NCBI GenBank assembly: GCA_903870365.1
Contig: CAIQCQ010000038.1
Span: forward strand, 7,478-71,477
Length of the DNA: 64,000 nt
Direction of reading: 5' to 3'
Source of the DNA: an uncultured bacterium
Lineage (GTDB): Bacteria; Patescibacteriota; Minisyncoccia; Phycocordibacterales; DATDWN01
Shown: positions 19,238-27,744 of the stretch, piece by piece
Position numbering within the stretch: the stretch's first letter is position 1
Layout: each line of letters opens with the position of its first letter
Notes under the pieces: generated by a model
Seen by the model: the letters and a program-made list of their open reading frames with translations, nothing else
Told to the model about the DNA's origin: nothing
Database searches by the model: none
Made by a program: the position numbers and the translations under genes

Positions 19238-20266
19238 ATGAAATTTTTTTCTAAAACTTTTATTTTTTTTCTTATTCTAGCTTCAAGCTTGTTGCTTCCA
19301 GCTTCTATTCCTGCCCACGCCCAGCTCAATGTTGGTCTCAGTCCTGCTGATATTTCAACTGATGTCGAGCCAACAAATCCTGGACCATTTCAACAAATCA
19401 GTGTCACCATAGACAGTTATGCCACCGACCTCAATGGGGTCAGTATTTCCTGGGTAGTTAATGGAAAAAAGGTTGTCTCTGGTATTGGTAAAAAGGGTAT
19501 CAGTCTGACCACCGGAGCCATTGGTAAACAAACCTCTATTAATATCACCATCGACTCTATTACCGGCACCATTACCAAAAACATCACCATTATCCCAGCC
19601 ACAGTGGATATGATATGGGAAGCCAACACATATACTCCACCATTTTTTAAAGGTAAAGCCATCTTTAGTCCAGAAAGTGTGGTGACATTTGTAGCAATAC
19701 CGCACCTCATACGAAACGGGGTAGAGGTCTCACCAAAAAATCTCATATACACATGGTCAAACAACGGCACTGTCCTCGGTAGTCAAAGTGGCTATGGTAA
19801 AAGTACCCTCAGTATCGCGGGCAGTATCATCCCACGACCCTTTGATATCACGGTAGAGGCTAGTGATCCGAACACAGGCTCTGTGGCCGACGGAGAGACT
19901 GTTTTGGCATCACAGACTCCTTTTGTACTCTTTTATAAAAATGATCCACTCTACGGAGTACAGTACGAACATGCACTGACTGGTGTTATTCCACTCACCA
20001 CACAGGAAATGGAGATCACTGCAGTCCCATATTACTTTAGTGCTCGATCTATGTTTGATAATCTCCTTTCCTACAATTGGGAAATCAATGGTACACCGAT
20101 CGGTGACGGTATAAACAGTCCGGACAAAGTCTTTCGCCGTACAGGCACAGCTGTTGGACAATCAAATGTTTCAGTGTCAACGACACAGAGTGCTACAATG
20201 TTTCAGACAGCCAACCAGGCAGTAACAATTGATTTTCAGAATAGTAGTACGCAAGTAGGGTTGTAG
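19238..20266 (+). CDS. Secreted beta-rich (Ig-like) protein
   Basis: Signal peptide ending AHA; repeated ISWVVNG / YTWSNNG / YNWEING strands. Confidence 0.7.
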   Translation: MKFFSKTFIFFLILASSLLLPASIPAHAQLNVGLSPADISTDVEPTNPGPFQQISVTIDSYATDLNGVSISWVVNGKKVVSGIGKKGISLTTGAIGKQTSINITIDSITGTITKNITIIPATVDMIWEANTYTPPFFKGKAIFSPESVVTFVAIPHLIRNGVEVSPKNLIYTWSNNGTVLGSQSGYGKSTLSIAGSIIPRPFDITVEASDPNTGSVADGETVLASQTPFVLFYKNDPLYGVQYEHALTGVIPLTTQEMEITAVPYYFSARSMFDNLLSYNWEINGTPIGDGINSPDKVFRRTGTAVGQSNVSVSTTQSATMFQTANQAVTIDFQNSSTQVGL

Positions 20267-20342
20267 GAGAATAGAAATATGAATGAAGAATTATGATGCA
20301 CAATAATAGAGACCTAGGGAAAATTAGGAATAAGAAAATATT

Positions 20343-21347
20343 ATGAGAAAAAATACACAAAAAACTATTTTGAATATACTGCGGGTGACCATGATCAGTG
20401 CTTTTTTGTTTGCGAGTGCGACCTCGATCGCTATGGCGCAAGCACAAACGCCACAACCTTATACGGTATTAGCACCACTTCCGGGAACAACAATTGATGC
20501 AAATTGCACAGGTACAGCATGCACAAGTGATCTCTCTCATTATCTTCCCGGTATTTTTAATCTCATGATCGGTGTGGCGGCAGTGGCAGCCTTTGTCGCC
20601 ATTACTATTGGTGGTTTTGAATATATGTTTACTGATGTTCCAGGGGTTAAAGCGAGTGCAAAAGGTATGGTGTCCAATGCCTTTTGGGGTCTTGGTTTTA
20701 TTATTTTTGCTTATGCCATCCTCAATACCATCAACCCAGTGCTCCTCAAGGGAAGTTTGAATATTACTCCGCCAACAGTGGCAAGTGGTGGTGGACTAAC
20801 CACAGGAACTGGTGGTGCCACAACAAATGTCGGTGGAAATATCGCTGGAGTTGCAATGACAACAGATCAACAGACAGCATCAGATGCTGTGAGAGCAGCT
20901 TTAAAATCCCAAAGTGGTGGAGTTGTTACGGCTTATGCAGATCCTTGTACAAGGGGTCAAACAACTGGTTGTGTTGATTTAAATGGATTAACACCATCAA
21001 CCCAAAATGGTTTAGAATTATTGGGGAAAAATTGTGGTAGTGGATGTAAGGTTGTTATAAGTGGTGGTACCGAGGCGGGACACAGTACTGGATCAGATCA
21101 CAATAAAGGTAACGGTGTTGATATTGAACCAAACGCACAACTTACAAACGCTGTAACAAATAATTTATCTAATGATCCTTCTATTTGTAAAGCGGGGGCA
21201 GGAGGAACTTGTAATGGCCTTGCAGCATGTAATAAATATACAACATCAGTTGGTGGACAGACTGCAACTTATCTTTGGGAACCCACAGGTTCAACGTGTG
21301 GAGGAAATGTTCCTTCATCAGCTCCTCATTGGCATGCAAGCTTTTAA
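20343..21347 (+). CDS. T4SS pilin-like membrane domain fused to M15/DD-peptidase-like zinc domain
   Basis: Signal peptide, two TMs then ILNTINP; C-terminal SDHNKGNGVDI (H-x6-D) and PHWH (H-x-H). Confidence 0.65.
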   Translation: MRKNTQKTILNILRVTMISAFLFASATSIAMAQAQTPQPYTVLAPLPGTTIDANCTGTACTSDLSHYLPGIFNLMIGVAAVAAFVAITIGGFEYMFTDVPGVKASAKGMVSNAFWGLGFIIFAYAILNTINPVLLKGSLNITPPTVASGGGLTTGTGGATTNVGGNIAGVAMTTDQQTASDAVRAALKSQSGGVVTAYADPCTRGQTTGCVDLNGLTPSTQNGLELLGKNCGSGCKVVISGGTEAGHSTGSDHNKGNGVDIEPNAQLTNAVTNNLSNDPSICKAGAGGTCNGLAACNKYTTSVGGQTATYLWEPTGSTCGGNVPSSAPHWHASF

Positions 21348-21352
21348 CTCAT

Positions 21353-22612
21353 ATGAAAAATATTCTTAAAATTTCAACTATTGTCCTCGGTATTATTGCA
21401 GTAGGGTTACTGTACTATTATTTCTTTTTCTTTAAAGCTAGTACACCGACAATCAACACATCGACAAAACCCAGTTCAACCAACTTCTTTCCTTTTGGTC
21501 AGGGTGGTACGACAGGTAACACAACTAAACCAAACACCAATACAAACCCCACCACTCAACAACTTCAGCAAGCGAGTAATTATCTCCAAAAACTTCGCCT
21601 CATTTCCAACGAACCCGTTGCTGGCGCCACATTCATCGAAAACAAAAATACAGTTATTATCCGTTACATAGAAAAAGCTACGGGACATATTTATGATGTC
21701 TCTACTAATTCTGCGACCATTAACCAAATTTCCAACACCACTTTACCAAAAATTCATGAGGCTTTCTTTACCGACCTTGGTCTTGGACTGATTGCTCGCT
21801 CTGTCGGAGATGATGGAGAAAGTATCCAGACTATTTATTCAAAACTACCAGCCAGTGTGGCCACAACTACGCAAAAAATAGCCTCAAGCAGTATACTCAC
21901 ACTAAACCCACTTGTTCTACAAACAAATATTCCTTTTTTGACCGTCTCTCCATCAACCAAAAATATCTTTTATACTCAAAAGAGTTTTGCTGGTAGTACT
22001 GGCATCATCGCCCTCTCAAACGGCACAAGTAAAAAACAAATCTGGAGTTCTCCGGTACGCAGTGTCTACCCACAATTTTCAGGGGAAAACACTGTCCTGG
22101 TCACGACCGCACCCAATGCATCCGTCTATGGCTATGCTTACTTGGTCAACACCAAAACGGGTGGAGTCAAAAACATTCTCGGTAATATCTATGACCTTTC
22201 CGTCTTTGCTAATACCACTGGTACTGATTTTGTATACTATACCAGTGCAAGTGGGGGACAATTCTTTCATTATGTTCTTGCAAATAGCTCCACCACCCCA
22301 CTGACACCAACAACCTTCCCTGAGAAATGTGTCTTTGATACCTCAAGTAAAACATCACTCTATTGTGCAGTGCCAAATGATTCGCTCTCACAAAATTCGC
22401 TTGATAACTGGTATCTTGGACTGAACTCGTACTCTGACAGTATCTGGAAATATGACCTCAAAGCAGGAACCTCTCAAATGATCGAGGATCTTTCATCCAA
22501 TGCTGGGCGAAATATTGACGTCATCAATATGCATATCAACACCGTTGGTTCACTCCTCCTGTTTCAAAGTAAGACAGATGGAAGTTTATGGAGTTTGAAT
22601 GTGGGAGCGTAG
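21353..22612 (+). CDS. Membrane-anchored beta-propeller-like protein
   Basis: N-terminal TM, RYIEKATGHIY, FPEKCVF, LYCAVP, DGSLWSL; start moved to ATG 21353. Confidence 0.7.
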   Translation: MKNILKISTIVLGIIAVGLLYYYFFFFKASTPTINTSTKPSSTNFFPFGQGGTTGNTTKPNTNTNPTTQQLQQASNYLQKLRLISNEPVAGATFIENKNTVIIRYIEKATGHIYDVSTNSATINQISNTTLPKIHEAFFTDLGLGLIARSVGDDGESIQTIYSKLPASVATTTQKIASSSILTLNPLVLQTNIPFLTVSPSTKNIFYTQKSFAGSTGIIALSNGTSKKQIWSSPVRSVYPQFSGENTVLVTTAPNASVYGYAYLVNTKTGGVKNILGNIYDLSVFANTTGTDFVYYTSASGGQFFHYVLANSSTTPLTPTTFPEKCVFDTSSKTSLYCAVPNDSLSQNSLDNWYLGLNSYSDSIWKYDLKAGTSQMIEDLSSNAGRNIDVINMHINTVGSLLLFQSKTDGSLWSLNVGA

Positions 22613-22652
22613 AGAGGGTCTGCAGACAGAAGTTTGAAACTAGAAGTTAGAA

Positions 22653-22689
22653 AATTAAATTCCCTAGGTGACGCCTAGGGAATTTAATT
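22653..22689. terminator. Bidirectional terminator-like hairpin
   Basis: aattaaattccctagg-tgacg-cctagggaatttaatt between convergent genes. Confidence 0.7.
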
Positions 22690-22744
22690 ATAAAAATGGG
22701 TGGATTGAGGGCTCAAGCCCGCAATGACGAAAAGGAATATTTTC

Positions 22745-23476
22745 TTATTTCGTCCCTCCGCGTACTCTCTTTCGAAAGTATAACTCCTGAAGAACAGTAA
22801 ACACATTACTCGTCACCCAATACAGTGAAATTGCTGCTGAAATACTCCATGAAATAAAGAATACGAGCACAGGAAAAAAATATTTCATTTGTGTCTGGAA
22901 GGATTTCATCATTTCTGCAGTACTGTTTTTATCAGCACCTTTTCCCTCGAGATCTGCGGGTGTGGCATACTTTATCTGGAAAAATGTACTAATACCAGCA
23001 AGGAGAGCTAAAAAGACACTCTTTTGTGCAATATCAGAGATAAACAAAAAATTCATTGCAATATGCGCTGGAGCAGAAACAAAATGATACAGCTGTGTCA
23101 TATCAACTTGGGGAAGTCCTGATTTCAAAAACACTCGGTAGAGGGCAATGATGATGGGGAGTTGAATGATAAGGACAAAAAAACCAGCAAATGGATTAAT
23201 ATTCTTTTCTTTATAGAGTTCAACTGTTTTTAATGTTTGTTGCTCTTTGTCTTCTTTGTATTTTTCTTTAATTACTCTTAGATCTTTCTCTATTTCCTTC
23301 ATTTCCATCTGAGCGTAGGTAGCTCTCATGGCCAAAGGGAAGAGGACTAGTTTGACGATGATAGTAAATAAAATAACAACCAATCCAGCTCCAGCCCAAG
23401 GGAGAAGGTCAAAAAGGAAAATGAGACCATTATAGAGTGGTTGATAAAAAACAATAGTAAAAAATTGGGTAATCAT
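22745..23476 (-). CDS. yidC: Membrane protein insertase YidC (short form)
   Basis: INPFAG, IQLPIIIALY, LYWVTSNVF; downstream of rnpA. Confidence 0.93.
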   Translation of the reverse strand: MITQFFTIVFYQPLYNGLIFLFDLLPWAGAGLVVILFTIIVKLVLFPLAMRATYAQMEMKEIEKDLRVIKEKYKEDKEQQTLKTVELYKEKNINPFAGFFVLIIQLPIIIALYRVFLKSGLPQVDMTQLYHFVSAPAHIAMNFLFISDIAQKSVFLALLAGISTFFQIKYATPADLEGKGADKNSTAEMMKSFQTQMKYFFPVLVFFISWSISAAISLYWVTSNVFTVLQELYFRKRVRGGTK

Positions 23477-23594
23477 GGTTACGAATTATATTGGTAAATA
23501 TAATTCCCTTACTCGGACGATGTGAATAAGATTACTTATTCACCCGCTCCTCGATGGGAATTATACGAATAAGATAGAATACAAGAATAGGGGA

Positions 23595-23930
23595 CTACAT
23601 AATACCTGATTGTGTCAGTAATTGTAGCACCGTTCCATTAATTTCACTAAACGTACTTTTTTCAGCACCTTTTTTAAAACTATATACACCATAAAAACCA
23701 GGTTGTATTTTTATAAGGACTTTTGTGAGGGTATTGTACCCACGTCGACGGAGTCGATTACGATCAACAGCACTTTTTGCAACCTTTTTAGAGCACAAAA
23801 AAGAAAACTGACTTGGTGTTTGGTCTGTTTTCTTGTAGATATATAGGGAAAGAACAGGGGAATGATAGCTATACCCCCGACCAAGGGTCTTAAACTCGGT
23901 TTTACTGATTCTGAGGGTGCTTGGAAGCAT
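23595..23930 (-). CDS. rnpA: Ribonuclease P protein component
   Basis: SKKVAKSAVDRNRLRR RNR motif; synteny. Confidence 0.92.
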   Translation of the reverse strand: MLPSTLRISKTEFKTLGRGYSYHSPVLSLYIYKKTDQTPSQFSFLCSKKVAKSAVDRNRLRRRGYNTLTKVLIKIQPGFYGVYSFKKGAEKSTFSEINGTVLQLLTQSGIM

Positions 23931-24026
23931 AGATTTATACAGTCTATAAAGTCCTTAAAGTCAAAAGTTTGTAAAGTTAGGGAATTTATCTCTACTTTAT
24001 AGACTTTATGGACTTGAGACTTTTAA

Positions 24027-24173
24027 CTACTTTTCCGATGATACAGACAATGATTTTCGGCCTTTTCGGCGTCTCTGAAGAAGGGTTCGTCGGCCCCCAG
24101 CAGTCTTTGTACGAGCAAGAAAGCCGTGTGTAGTAGCTCGTTTTCGTTTTTTTGGATTATATGTGAATGACAT
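24027..24173 (-). CDS. rpmH: 50S ribosomal protein L34 (absent from ORF track)
   Basis: Manual translation [48 protein letters not shown]. Confidence 0.96.
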   Translation of the reverse strand: MSFTYNPKKRKRATTHGFLARTKTAGGRRTLLQRRRKGRKSLSVSSEK

Positions 24174-24182
24174 AGTTTTTTT

Positions 24183-24310
24183 GGAAATGGCTAAATTTAG
24201 ATGTAGTCCTAGGCGGGCAAGGAATTTGATTCCGAGCTGTACTACTCTCGTACAGTGAGGATCAAATTATCGTGGCCCAACAACGGAATACGCTAAATGT
24301 AGCCGTTTCC
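24183..24310. repeat. Dispersed modular hairpin, copy 3, in rpmH leader
   Basis: IR ggaaatggcta/tagccgtttcc; taggcg/caacaac loop; apex gagctgtac-tactctc-gtacagtgag. Confidence 0.78.
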
Positions 24311-24412
24311 GCTTGTACACATATTATTAACACGAAATAAACTTTTTTACAACTTCCTTGTTTCGTCGACACCTATATAATATGTGATTGATAAAAAGAA
24401 ATTTTAATTCAC

Positions 24413-25762
24413 ATGGAAGAAACAACTATCGATACAAAACAAATTTGGGATAAGGTACTCACTGAAATTGAGTTATCTATATCAAAACCAAATTTTAATA
24501 CATGGTTTAAAGACACATATATCGCAAAATTTGATGATGGTAGTATTCTTTTATCAGTACCAAACAACTTTGTTGAAGAATGGCTTTCAAGTAAATTTCA
24601 TACACTCATTCTTAAATCACTCCGTAATATTTCAACCACTATTCACTCACTTGAATATGTTATTACAAAAGAAGATACTCGAAAAAATTCATTAAAAGAA
24701 AAAACCATTCTCATTAACAAAGAACTTCCTCTTGAGGACTACTACATCAACAGGGAAGACAACCTCAATCCACGATATACATTTGATAATTTTATTGTTG
24801 GACCGTTTAATGAACTGGCACATGCTGCTGCACAAGGTGTTATTAAAAAACCAGGACTGACATACAACCCACTCTTTATTTATGGTAATACTGGCCATGG
24901 TAAGACTCATTTACTCCAGGCAATTGGAAACCATATAAAAAATAGTGGTAAAAAAGTCTTTTATATTACTTCGGAAAAATTTAGTCAGGAGTTGGTTAAT
25001 GCCCTCCAGATGAATAAACCAAACTTTTTCAAAGAAAAGTATCGTAAATATGATGTGTTGATTATGGATGATATTCAGTTTATGTCTGGTAAAATAAAAA
25101 CTCAAGAAGAACTCTTTCATCTCTTTAATCATCTATACGACAATAATAAACAGATTATTTTTTCTTCAGATAAACACCCAAGTTATATTCAAGATCTTGA
25201 GGAACGTCTCCGAAGTCGTTTTTCTGCGGGTATGGTAGTGGATATTCCTGCACCAGAAGCAGAATCTCGAGTAGCTATCATTAAATCAAAAATAGCTCAG
25301 GGTGGCACAAAGCTTTCTGAAGAAGTTATTAATTTTCTTGCATACTCTGTCACGGGAAACATTCGTGAACTTGAGGGTATTATCAACTCTATTGTCTGTC
25401 AGACTCAGTTAAAGGATCGTGAATTAAGTTTACATGAGATAAAAAACTTCATTAAAAGTAGTGCAAAACCAAAAAAGAATGTTTCTACAAAGGAAGTGGT
25501 TAAAACAGTAGCTGACTTCTACCATATAGAGGAAAATTTAATTTATGAAAAAACTCGAAAAAAAGAGATCATTAAACCTCGTCAGATTATTATGTATATC
25601 CTCCGTGAAGAATTTGCTATATCCTACCCAGCCATAGGGGAGAGATTAGGAGGTCGTGATCACACCACCGTCATGCATTCATGTGAGAAAATCAAGAATG
25701 ATATTTTAAAAGATCAAAACTTATCTGCAGAAATCAACCAATTGCGCGCAATTCTTGTTTAG
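24413..25762 (+). CDS. dnaA: Chromosomal replication initiator DnaA
   Basis: YNPLFIYGNTGHGKTHLL, DDIQF, RLRSRF, GNIRELEG, GGRDHTTVMH. Confidence 0.98.
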   Translation: MEETTIDTKQIWDKVLTEIELSISKPNFNTWFKDTYIAKFDDGSILLSVPNNFVEEWLSSKFHTLILKSLRNISTTIHSLEYVITKEDTRKNSLKEKTILINKELPLEDYYINREDNLNPRYTFDNFIVGPFNELAHAAAQGVIKKPGLTYNPLFIYGNTGHGKTHLLQAIGNHIKNSGKKVFYITSEKFSQELVNALQMNKPNFFKEKYRKYDVLIMDDIQFMSGKIKTQEELFHLFNHLYDNNKQIIFSSDKHPSYIQDLEERLRSRFSAGMVVDIPAPEAESRVAIIKSKIAQGGTKLSEEVINFLAYSVTGNIRELEGIINSIVCQTQLKDRELSLHEIKNFIKSSAKPKKNVSTKEVVKTVADFYHIEENLIYEKTRKKEIIKPRQIIMYILREEFAISYPAIGERLGGRDHTTVMHSCEKIKNDILKDQNLSAEINQLRAILV

Positions 25763-26022
25763 AGTACTCTATGGTTGTTTGTGGATATGTCTGGGGATAA
25801 GGTGTTGGGTAAAATGGGGATTGTATGGGTATAACCACAGGTATATAGTGGGGAGAATAATGGGATAGAAAAGAGAGGGTAAAAGAAGTTGGTCTTCTAT
25901 TAACAACAGAACAAACTACTTTCTACAAAATACCTATATATTACATACTGTAAAACTTTATCCACATATCCACAGTCCTAATAGTAATAAATCTTTTAAA
26001 AAAATAAATTAATACAAATATT
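25763..26022. other. Probable oriC
   Basis: dnaA-dnaN gap with perfect DnaA box TTATCCACA (25958-25966), adjacent ATATCCACA, further near-boxes (tgtggatat, ggggataa, taaccaca), then taatagtaataa trio-like and AT-rich tract; + strand looks C-rich before and G-rich after. Confidence 0.85.
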
Positions 26023-27123
26023 ATGAAGATTGAATGTGTTAAAGAAAAATTGGTAAAAGTATTAGTTAAGGCAGAAAAGATTTCTGGTAAAAATACTACA
26101 CTCCCCATCCTTTCATGTTTTCTTTTAAAAGCTGAGAAAGACTTTTTGGTTATTTCAGCAACCAACCTTGATCTCGGTATTGAAATATCACTTCCAGTAA
26201 AAGTAATTGAGCCTGGTCAGGTAGCTATACCTGCTCAAATATTTTCTCAATTTATTTCAAATATTTATAATGATAAAAATATTACTATTGAAACAGAAGG
26301 GAATAATGTAAAAATATCAACTGACCATACACATACCACTATCAAAACATTTTCAATTGATGATTTTCCAATACTCCCAAAAGTTGGAAAAGGGAATATG
26401 TTTACTCTTGCATCTCAGGATTTTTTGAAAGGTTTAAAGAGTGTGTACTATGCGGCATCAACATCAACCATCAAACCCACCCTCTCGAGCGTCTATATCT
26501 ATCCAGATGAAGAGTTTTTAGTTTTTGCTGCCACAGACTCATTTCGGCTCGCAGAAAAGCGAATAAAGCTTAAAAAACAGACTGATTTTGGTCAAATTCT
26601 CCTTCCATTAAAGAATATTCCAGAAATTATCCGGGTCTTTGAGGATATACATGATGATATAGCGGTATCTATCGATACAAATCAAATTTCTTTTGAATAT
26701 AATGGTATTTATCTCACTTCACGAGTAATTGATGGTGTGTTTCCTGATTATAAACAAATTATTCCAAAAGAATACAAAACTGAAGCAACAGTATTAAAAT
26801 ACGATTTAGTGAGTATTCTAAAAATGTCTAATATCTTTGCTGATAAATTTAGTCAGGTCTATATGTCTGTATCAGAAAAACCAAAATTATTTGAAATAAA
26901 AACAAAAAACGCTGATGTGGGAGAAAATGTCAGTCAACTTGATGCGGTAATTAAAGGGGAGAGTTTATCTATGAGTTTTAATTATAAATATATTATTGAT
27001 TGTTTCCAATCAATTGATTCTGATTCAATTATCGTACAGTTTACTGATGCGAGTCGACCAATGGTGATACGAGGGGTGAGTGATAAGTCATATTTATACC
27101 TCGTCATGCCAATGAATAAATAG
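26023..27123 (+). CDS. dnaN: DNA polymerase III beta clamp
   Basis: ATNLDLGI, AATDSFRLAE, IDGVFPDYKQIIP, YLVMPM. Confidence 0.97.
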   Translation: MKIECVKEKLVKVLVKAEKISGKNTTLPILSCFLLKAEKDFLVISATNLDLGIEISLPVKVIEPGQVAIPAQIFSQFISNIYNDKNITIETEGNNVKISTDHTHTTIKTFSIDDFPILPKVGKGNMFTLASQDFLKGLKSVYYAASTSTIKPTLSSVYIYPDEEFLVFAATDSFRLAEKRIKLKKQTDFGQILLPLKNIPEIIRVFEDIHDDIAVSIDTNQISFEYNGIYLTSRVIDGVFPDYKQIIPKEYKTEATVLKYDLVSILKMSNIFADKFSQVYMSVSEKPKLFEIKTKNADVGENVSQLDAVIKGESLSMSFNYKYIIDCFQSIDSDSIIVQFTDASRPMVIRGVSDKSYLYLVMPMNK

Positions 27124-27128
27124 CGCTC

Positions 27129-27322
27129 GTTAGAGGGTTTTGAACAGCACTGATATTTTTCTGGTGAAAAATTCCTCTGCTCACTGGTCAAGAAAATGTA
27201 AGATTCGAAAGATCGACTTCTCGGCAAACTCGTCGTGACTACACTCCTCAGACAATGCCTCCAGTCTGCTTTCTCATCAACATTTTCTAACCAGCTCCGC
27301 AAGGCTTTCAAAACCCTCTAAC
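27129..27322. repeat. Long hairpin copy with gttagag termini
   Basis: 16-bp perfect IR gttagagggttttgaa/ttcaaaaccctctaac; minus-strand apex gaggagtgt-agtc-acgacgag. Confidence 0.78.
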
Positions 27323-27419
27323 TCGCTTTTGTGAAGGGGACTACTTATCAAAATTCGGGGTAGAATAAAGCATTCCTCTTTTTCTTATCTCGTAACTCAT
27401 ATCTCTAAACTCTATCCAG

Positions 27420-27665
27420 ATGTTTAACATCGCCGATTATCTCAAAAGAACAGTTGGTATTATCGACAAGAATATTTTATATAAAAAGGAAATTGCCGAT
27501 GTTATTACTAAACACACAGGTATTTCGAAAGACACCAATTTTTTTGAAATAAAAGATGGTGTCATGCGAACAACACTATCACCAATGGAAAAGGGGATAT
27601 TGTTTATCAAAAAAGAAGCCATCCTTGCGGATTTAGCTTCTTTTGGAGTGAAAGAAATTAGATAA
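27420..27665 (+). CDS. Small protein, possibly DciA/DUF721-like
   Basis: Downstream of dnaN; EIKDGVM...LFIKKEAILADL pattern resembles the DUF721 KH-like core. Confidence 0.45.
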   Translation: MFNIADYLKRTVGIIDKNILYKKEIADVITKHTGISKDTNFFEIKDGVMRTTLSPMEKGILFIKKEAILADLASFGVKEIR

Positions 27666-27744
27666 AATACCTTTATTTAATAGGTATTTTTAAATTTTAG
27701 AAGATGAAATCGGATAAAAAGACCAAAGCTTTTGTTGTTCAAGC

